NCBI GenBank assembly: GCA_002317795.1
Contig: NVWC01000001.1
Coordinates: forward strand, 28,968 to 39,213
Source of the DNA: Nitrososphaerota archaeon
GTDB taxonomy: Archaea; Thermoproteota; Nitrososphaeria; Nitrososphaerales; Nitrosopumilaceae
DNA: 10,246 nucleotides
Direction of reading: 5' to 3'
A program made the position numbers and the translations under genes. This document shows, piece after piece, positions 1 to 6,213 of the stretch; positions within the stretch are counted from its first letter, which is position 1, and each line of letters starts with the position of its first letter. Below the pieces are notes generated by a model, which saw nothing but the letters and a program-made list of their open reading frames with translations, was not told the origin of the DNA and did no database searches.

Positions 1-137
1 GATTTTCCAACTCCTGTTGGAGCACATAAAACAATTTTTTTGTATCCTGATTTTAAATTCTCTTCAATTTCATTTAGAATATCTTTTTGAATTTCTCTAG
101 GATTAAAGTTGTCAGGGAATTTTTCTAAAAGGGACAG
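1..137 (-). CDS. 5' end of an ATP-dependent SF2 helicase (XPD/DinG/Rad3-like); runs off the left edge
   Basis: Not in the ORF track. Minus strand from CTG at 137 reads (L)SLLEKFPDNFNPREIQKDILNEIEENLKSGYKKIVLCAPTGVGKS, with a Q-motif (PREIQ) and Walker A (APTGVGKS). An in-frame TGA at 158-156 limits upstream extension. Confidence 0.88.
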   Translation of the reverse strand, partial: MSLLEKFPDNFNPREIQKDILNEIEENLKSGYKKIVLCAPTGVGK

Positions 138-158
138 GGTTAATCTCCCATTTTCTCA

Positions 159-166
159 ATATTAAA
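159..166 (-). promoter_or_regulatory. TATA-like box TTTAATAT of the helicase gene
   Basis: Begins 29 nt upstream of the CTG at 137. The same octamer at the same spacing precedes the GIY-YIG gene. Confidence 0.55.
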
Positions 167-309
167 ACTAATGGAGTACACTTTATTCTTTTTCCTTTTT
201 GTTAAATTCTTCTGTGTTACATTTTGCTTTGTGTTTTAAGAATATAAAAGACATGAAATTTCTACAAAAAGTTTTTTCATATAATGTATTGGTTATGACA
301 TAATAAAAC

Positions 310-640
310 TTATTTTAAATTAGTTGATTTTTTCCATCGTTCATCAAATTTAGATTCTAACAGATCTTTAATATCTTGAACCATATTGTTTTTGAAAGCA
401 ACTACAAATGATTCTTTTGAACCAATATCTTGCAACCCTCGTCCAAGTAATATTAAAAAATCAGATGAAATTATGTATCGGTCATGTAATTCATATTCTT
501 TTGAATATACTCTAATTTTGACATTTTTAAATTCAATTTTAAATTTTGAATACTCTGAATTAAATTTGGATGTATTATCTGATCCAGAAAATACAGAGGT
601 AAGAAATTGATTTTTTGTTTTTTACAATATCATAATTCAT
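310..640 (-). pseudogene. Disrupted or 5'-truncated PLD-like (HDR motif, MIT_C-like) domain gene
   Basis: Open frame 621..310 reads KTKNQFLTSVFSGSDNTSKFNSEYSKFKIEFKNVKIRVYSKEYELHDRYIISSDFLILLGRGLQDIGSKESFVVAFKNNMVQDIKDLLESKFDERWKKSTNLK*. The in-frame ATG at 633 is followed by TAA at 624-622, and the ATG at 640 is one base out of frame. Confidence 0.65.
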
Positions 641-1416
641 TTTCTAATTCTTATTATTGCAAATATTGGAATACCAACATACATTCCAACATTAAGTAAA
701 ATCAAACTAATTCCATAACCTAACACTGATTCCTCTGAATCCATATCAACATAATTTAGAATTGATAAACTAGCAATCATTGGAGTAATGGTAATCTTTA
801 CTGCTTCTTTGAATAATGGACTTTCTCGTTCATAGTCAGCAATTACAGGACTAAATGAATAGTAAACATCATTGAAATAATTCATGAAACTAGTTCCTGA
901 CTCTGTTTGGAGTAAATGATTATCTCTTAGTTCTCGTAGTTGTTGTACTTGAGGTGCTAGTTCTGAACCATAAGTTGCAGTTGCAATTAGACATCCTCCA
1001 TCACTTTTTTGAGTATTTTGAGAAGTTTGAGGAACAAAATCGTTTTGAGTTGATTTTGTATCAACTGATTCTTCTACTGCAACATTTGTTGTAATCCCAT
1101 AGGTTCCTGATTCACCAGATGGTGGGATTCTAAATTTCATAGAATAACTTCCATCAGGTCCTAGCTCTACGGTTCTAACAAGTATTACTTCACCTGAAGG
1201 AGATTTAATTTCAATGGCTACAATATCTCCCTCAATTCCGCCTTTGATATTTTCTACAAGATCAACAATGTCACCTGCAGAATATGATTGGTTAGATGAA
1301 TCAAAAATCACTTCAGCTGCAAAAGATTGTGAAAATGTAATACTAAGTAGAATAATAAAAAATCCTAAAAATTTCTTTTTCTTGAAAATATCAAGAGTAT
1401 CTAGTCTACTTGACAA
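637..1416 (-). CDS. CFI-box-CTERM domain surface protein (signal peptide, Ig-like domain, C-terminal membrane anchor)
   Basis: KKKKFLGFFIILLSITFSQSFA signal peptide, Ig-like beta domain (IEIKSPSGEVILVRTV...GTYGITT), GGCLIATATYGSELAPQVQQLRELRD motif, C-terminal TM helix and basic tail. TTG start overlaps the upstream stop. Confidence 0.92.
   Translation of the reverse strand: MSSRLDTLDIFKKKKFLGFFIILLSITFSQSFAAEVIFDSSNQSYSAGDIVDLVENIKGGIEGDIVAIEIKSPSGEVILVRTVELGPDGSYSMKFRIPPSGESGTYGITTNVAVEESVDTKSTQNDFVPQTSQNTQKSDGGCLIATATYGSELAPQVQQLRELRDNHLLQTESGTSFMNYFNDVYYSFSPVIADYERESPLFKEAVKITITPMIASLSILNYVDMDSEESVLGYGISLILLNVGMYVGIPIFAIIRIRK
651..999. repeat. CFI-box-CTERM coding repeat, copy A (direct repeat of 8283-8631)
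   Basis: Colinear at offset 7632. Identical blocks 955-983 = 8587-8615 (29 nt), 817-837 = 8449-8469 (21 nt), 848-861 = 8480-8493. Confidence 0.85.
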
Positions 1417-4400
1417 TTACTTTACCCTCCATCCATGGATGTACCATACAGAAATAATCAAAAGTTCCTATGTTGTTAAAATCTATTGTATATTTTTCTC
1501 CTCCCATAAACAAACTACTATCAAAGATACTATCAAGTCCATCACTTGGATTACCAGAGGTTACAGTATGTGCAGCACTATCTTTGTTATTCCATTCTAC
1601 AGTATCTCCCTGATTTATCCTAATAGTTGATGGGAAATAGCACAAGCTTGCTCTCTCACATCCAGGTGTTCCTGTTCCTGAAGGAATGGTTACTTTTTTC
1701 ACGTTAGTGTTTTGTACTGAAAAGGTTGGGATTACAGGCGTAGGTGATGTATCAGTGATTGTACTTTGAGGTGGTGTAGCTACTCCAATACCAATTTCTG
1801 CAGAACTTTCTCTAGTTAATGGTATACCGCCATTGCTAGGCCAATCAGTAAATGCGTTGACATAGATATTTGCAACACCTACAGAAGTATCGTCTGGAAT
1901 ATAATATGATAAAATTATTTCAGATTCACCAGAACTAATTGATGTTTTAATTGAACTTGTTCCAAGTACAATCAAATCAGAATCTAAAATTGTGACAGTA
2001 ATCAATGAACCTGACATAAATGATTCAGATGATGTTACAATTTTGATATGTCCTTGATTTCCTTGAGAAAATGAATTAACTGGATTTCCTTGTTGATTAG
2101 TTGCTGAAACAGATTTTATTGAAAGTCCTGCAAGATCTTTTTTAATTGTAAATTTGGATGTGTCTTCATAATTTTTACCATCAACATTTACAGATGCAGT
2201 TACTTTGTATGAACCAGCTGTTGTACCATGAGAAACTTTGAATGGAATTGAACCCTTGTCATCAATGAAAAGACTTCTAGTCATTACAATATTTCCTGAA
2301 GGATCAATTACACTAATTGCAATATTTGCATTATTTTTGACCCCATCAATCTCAGTGTAAATTGTAACAAGATTTCCTTGATTGTATGTAGTTCTATCTG
2401 TACCTATTTCAAGTTCAATTAGTGGTAAAGTTGGTGTGGGTGTAACTGGAATTGGAGCAATAAGTGTTGGAGATGGTGTAGTTTTGGGTGTTAGAGATGG
2501 AGCTTTTGGTGTGAAAGATGGTGTTGGAGCAACTGGTGTTGGAGATGATGTGGATGGGATAGGTATTGGAGATGGTGTAGGGGTGATAGGTATTGGAGAT
2601 GGTGTAGGGGTGATAGGTATTGGAGATGGTGTAGGGGTGATAGGTATTGGAGATGGTGTAGGTGTAACTGATTTAGTTGGCGGAATGAATTTGTTGGTAA
2701 TTATACTTGGAGGGGTGTAAGGTATTGTTGGGGAAATTTTAGATTCGGGTACCGTAGGTGCACCCTCTCTCATTAAAGTGAATTCTCCAGAAACATTATT
2801 GTCTCCTTGTTGAGAAAATTTACCTCTAAACAAATCACTAGTAAAACTACCAGTTAACTGATTGGAGTTTAATGTTCCAGAGAATGCACTTCCAAACAAA
2901 TCTCCGGAAATACTTCCATAACCATATGATTCATGCCATGAAAAACATCCAGTTGGAGTAGTTGATTTAGTAACATCAAAAGTGGATGAACCAGTTATAC
3001 TATCTCCTGTTTGTCGTAACTTCATTTCTACATTTCCAAAATAAGTACAAGTTACAGGTGCAGGATAGTAATCAAACCAAACTGAAAATTCGCTCGTACC
3101 TTTCCATGTTCCAGTTGCATCAAGGTATTGTGTTGATGGAGGAGGTGATATTGTATCAATAGTAGAAATTGCATCTTTAATGATTACTATCAAGTTTTGA
3201 ATTTCAACAATAAACTCATCAGGAATTTCTGGATCAGATCGTGCAAGAAAAATGGAATCTTCCATATAAGATAATGCAGTTTCAAGATCATCTAAACAAG
3301 CATAACCTGTACCAATAAAAAATAATACAACTGATTCATATTCCTTTAGAGATAGTGCTTGTTTGAAATAGTTAATTCCTGATTCACAATTTCCGTTTTC
3401 AATTTCTTCTAATCCAAGAGTAAAAAGTCTTTCAAGTTCTGGTGAGATTTCTAGGTCATCAGTTTGTGAATCATCATAGTATGCACATACATCTTCAATT
3501 GCATCATAATAATACTCAGATCCATATTCTCCTACACAGAATGCTTCCCAGCTAGAATAACCACCAAAAGATGGTTCAGTGTTAAAAGAATTATCAGAAT
3601 ATACCAGTACTAAATCATCTAGTGGGACTTGAGCAATACCTGCAAAAGTGTTTACAGAGTCTCTATAGAAAGTAACATGAGAAATTTCAGGTCCATTAAA
3701 AGAGTAAACTTGTGGAGGTGGAGTTGAATAATAACTTCCTGAGCCTTCACCTACAGTACCTAATGAATTTCCATATTGATCAAATGCTTGTGCATTCCAT
3801 GGAGAGGTAGCAATTCCACCATAAGAGGCATCATATGATGCTCGTGTAAATTCAAATCGATCTAATGGAGCATCAAAATAAAATGAATAGCTGTAAGCTT
3901 CATTTCCAAAGTTTCGGAAAAATCCATTTGGTGAGGAATCAGCAATGCCAAAAATGCTAATGTCTCTGTTCCACTCCCAAATTACAAAGTCTCTTAGTGG
4001 TCCATTACCTTCATCAACTACTGTAATTCCATATCCTGTAAGATAGTTCTCAACAGTATAACCACTAACAAAGTGATTACGGGCATTTATTGAATCAAAA
4101 TCAACTACAACAGAATTTCCATTATTTCCAGGTCCACCTCGATTCAATTCAGCATCAGCATAAGTGATGCCTTCTAAAAGGTAAGCGTCATTTGGATGAT
4201 AAGATAATCCTTTTTGTAAAATTGAAATCATGTCTTGCCATTTGCCTTGTTCACCATATATGGATGCAATCCACATGAAAGTATCATAGTCATCTGGATG
4301 TAGTGCTAATGATCTGAAAAAGGCATCAAGAGCTGCACTAAGATTTCCAGAGTCATAATAATCAAGACCTAAATTATAATCTTCCCATTCATCAATACCA

Positions 4401-5995
4401 TCAGGATCTATAACAAAAATAATTCCTTCCATCCATGGATGAACCACACAATAGTATGGGATTTCCCCTGGAGTGTATGGAGTGTATTCAAAAGAATCTC
4501 CAGACATTAACATGCCCGAATCAAATATTCCACTAGAGCCATCAGCTGCTGTTCCTGAAGTAAATGTATGTGCAGCAGAATCAGTATTTATCATTCCAAT
4601 AGTATCACCAACATCAACTTGTATTGCAACTGGGAAATAGCATTCTGAATAATCTTCACATCCAGGTGCACCAGAACCGCTTGCCGGTTCAATTGTTGCA
4701 TCATAGTGTGAAACATTACCACCACATTGATCATTTGCAATAATATCTATTGTGATACTAGTAGAGTAAAGAATATCATCATAGATTACAGCTGGACTAT
4801 ATGCACTTCCAGAATAAGGATCGTAACTATATGCACCATCAATAGAAATTGTGTATGGACCAACAGGAGTGTCACAAAAAGTTTCAACAAATAATATGGT
4901 TTCATAGGATGGAAGCACACGTGTTTCATCTAATTGGAAATTAACCGAGTCATCAAAAGAATATGCAGATAGATTAACATTTCCAGGACCACCAGAAATT
5001 ACATCAACATAAATTGGAATGTCCCAAGAAGTGCCCTGATATAATGTCCAATCATCAAAATTAGGAGTAGAAATGGTGTAATCCATTGAAGATGTATTTG
5101 GTTGACCTTCAGCGTCAGAGTCTTCATAACATGCATCATCTACAGAATCATAGTAGTATTGTGAACCGTATTCGGATTTACACCATGCATCCCAATCTGT
5201 AACATCATCTGGAACACATGTTTCTCCTTCTTGATGTAGTCCTTCATTACAGTCAATTATTAATTCTGGACAACCATAGTTAGTATCAGAACCATATTCG
5301 TAAGGACAATCATCATATTCATCAGGGATTCCATCATTATCTGAATCAGTAACAGTTGTACCATCATCATCTAGACAACCATCATCATTAGGATCAGCAT
5401 ATGCGTATTCTAATGGACATTGATCAAAGGAATCAAAATATCCATCACCATCAGCATCTGAACATACATCACCTGAACCATCATTGTTGAAATCTGCTTG
5501 ATCTGGATTTCCAGTGTTTGGGCAGTTGTCTTGACTATCTGGAACTCCATCACTATCAGAGTCTGTTTCTTGTGGACAACCATCAGTTCTTGTTCCATAT
5601 TCATTTGGACAGCTGTCTTGACTATCTGGAACTCCATCACTATCAGAGTCTGTTTCTTGTGGACAACCATCAGTTCTTGTTCCATATTCATTTGGGCAAA
5701 AATCAAATTCATCATCTACTCCATCTCCATCAGTATCCGTATCATAATGGGTTACACCATCAGGACAACCATAATTCTCATATGAACCTGGGTCATTCGG
5801 ACAATCATCATCCCAATCAGGTGAACCATCACCATCAGTATCAGTTGTACAATCCTCAAAACTTGGATCACAATCATAATGATCATCATCATCGTCATCA
5901 TATTGATTTACAGTCGGTAAATTATCAGAATATGATGGAGTAAAACTAGATACATTTTGCATAGGAGGGAACATTAGCAGTAACACTAGGAGCAA
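1406..5995 (-). CDS. Large secreted multidomain protein: thrombospondin type-3 repeats, two plastocyanin/azurin-family copper-binding domains, TPR repeats, Pro/Thr linker, Ig-like domains
   Basis: 1529-aa ORF with a hydrophobic N-terminus; DxDxDGxxDxxDxCP repeats (~5270-5850); cupredoxin motifs SAAHT...YCVVHPWM (~4409-4700) and SAAHT...FCMVHPWM (~1409-1700); TPR-like helices (~4160-4390, ~3245-3435). The true start may be at 6031. Confidence 0.93.
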   Translation of the reverse strand: MLLVLLLMFPPMQNVSSFTPSYSDNLPTVNQYDDDDDDHYDCDPSFEDCTTDTDGDGSPDWDDDCPNDPGSYENYGCPDGVTHYDTDTDGDGVDDEFDFCPNEYGTRTDGCPQETDSDSDGVPDSQDSCPNEYGTRTDGCPQETDSDSDGVPDSQDNCPNTGNPDQADFNNDGSGDVCSDADGDGYFDSFDQCPLEYAYADPNDDGCLDDDGTTVTDSDNDGIPDEYDDCPYEYGSDTNYGCPELIIDCNEGLHQEGETCVPDDVTDWDAWCKSEYGSQYYYDSVDDACYEDSDAEGQPNTSSMDYTISTPNFDDWTLYQGTSWDIPIYVDVISGGPGNVNLSAYSFDDSVNFQLDETRVLPSYETILFVETFCDTPVGPYTISIDGAYSYDPYSGSAYSPAVIYDDILYSTSITIDIIANDQCGGNVSHYDATIEPASGSGAPGCEDYSECYFPVAIQVDVGDTIGMINTDSAAHTFTSGTAADGSSGIFDSGMLMSGDSFEYTPYTPGEIPYYCVVHPWMEGIIFVIDPDGIDEWEDYNLGLDYYDSGNLSAALDAFFRSLALHPDDYDTFMWIASIYGEQGKWQDMISILQKGLSYHPNDAYLLEGITYADAELNRGGPGNNGNSVVVDFDSINARNHFVSGYTVENYLTGYGITVVDEGNGPLRDFVIWEWNRDISIFGIADSSPNGFFRNFGNEAYSYSFYFDAPLDRFEFTRASYDASYGGIATSPWNAQAFDQYGNSLGTVGEGSGSYYSTPPPQVYSFNGPEISHVTFYRDSVNTFAGIAQVPLDDLVLVYSDNSFNTEPSFGGYSSWEAFCVGEYGSEYYYDAIEDVCAYYDDSQTDDLEISPELERLFTLGLEEIENGNCESGINYFKQALSLKEYESVVLFFIGTGYACLDDLETALSYMEDSIFLARSDPEIPDEFIVEIQNLIVIIKDAISTIDTISPPPSTQYLDATGTWKGTSEFSVWFDYYPAPVTCTYFGNVEMKLRQTGDSITGSSTFDVTKSTTPTGCFSWHESYGYGSISGDLFGSAFSGTLNSNQLTGSFTSDLFRGKFSQQGDNNVSGEFTLMREGAPTVPESKISPTIPYTPPSIITNKFIPPTKSVTPTPSPIPITPTPSPIPITPTPSPIPITPTPSPIPIPSTSSPTPVAPTPSFTPKAPSLTPKTTPSPTLIAPIPVTPTPTLPLIELEIGTDRTTYNQGNLVTIYTEIDGVKNNANIAISVIDPSGNIVMTRSLFIDDKGSIPFKVSHGTTAGSYKVTASVNVDGKNYEDTSKFTIKKDLAGLSIKSVSATNQQGNPVNSFSQGNQGHIKIVTSSESFMSGSLITVTILDSDLIVLGTSSIKTSISSGESEIILSYYIPDDTSVGVANIYVNAFTDWPSNGGIPLTRESSAEIGIGVATPPQSTITDTSPTPVIPTFSVQNTNVKKVTIPSGTGTPGCERASLCYFPSTIRINQGDTVEWNNKDSAAHTVTSGNPSDGLDSIFDSSLFMGGEKYTIDFNNIGTFDYFCMVHPWMEGKVIVK
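2558..2665. repeat. 27-bp coding tandem repeat, 4 copies, encoding (TPTPSPIPI)n linker
   Basis: Unit GATAGGTATTGGAGATGGTGTAGGGGT at 2558, 2585, 2612 (perfect) and 2639 (one mismatch). Confidence 0.95.
5517..5695. repeat. 87-bp tandem duplication of a TSP3-type unit (CPNEYGTRTDGCPQETDSDSDGVPDSQD)
   Basis: 5527-5608 is identical to 5614-5695 (82 nt), period 87. Confidence 0.95.
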
Positions 5996-6052
5996 ACCCC
6001 CAAAAAATAGAATTCTTTGATTAAAATTCGTACAATCTATACCAATTTGTAA

Positions 6053-6060
6053 TACTTAAG
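6053..6060 (-). promoter_or_regulatory. TATA-like box CTTAAGTA upstream of the large surface protein gene
   Basis: The same octamer occurs upstream of the 667-aa gene (8250-8243). It begins 29 nt before an in-frame ACG at 6031. Confidence 0.5.
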
Positions 6061-6213
6061 ACTGATCGTTTCTTAGGAATTTATGAATATTATGATGAAA
6101 ATAATAAAATAATATTGGTAATTTATGAACGGATGTTTGTCACATACATGTAAAATAGATATAAAAAACAAAATCAAAAAATAGATAACAAAATAATTTC
6201 TAAATAATTAAAA

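Noticed and set aside
171-255. Tiny ORFs in the intergenic gap (+171..239, -184..255)
   Set aside because: About 22-23 codons, low complexity, no motif.
386-610. + strand 74-aa ORF
   Set aside because: Antisense shadow of the minus-strand PLD-like frame; no recognisable motif.
1214-1630. + strand 138-aa ORF
   Set aside because: Antisense to two well-supported genes.
2558-2665. Possible CRISPR array
   Set aside because: The repeats are contiguous with no spacers, are in frame within a CDS, and no cas genes are present.
2382-2720. + strand Gly/Val-rich 112-aa ORF
   Set aside because: Antisense reading of the Pro/Thr repeat linker.
5410-5943. Three overlapping alternative-frame ORFs (5410..5715, 5498..5785, 5518..5943)
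   Set aside because: By-products of the low-complexity Asp-rich TSP3 repeats.
6160-6200. Oligo-T terminator after the 667-aa gene
   Set aside because: Plausible, but indistinguishable from the very AT-rich intergenic background.
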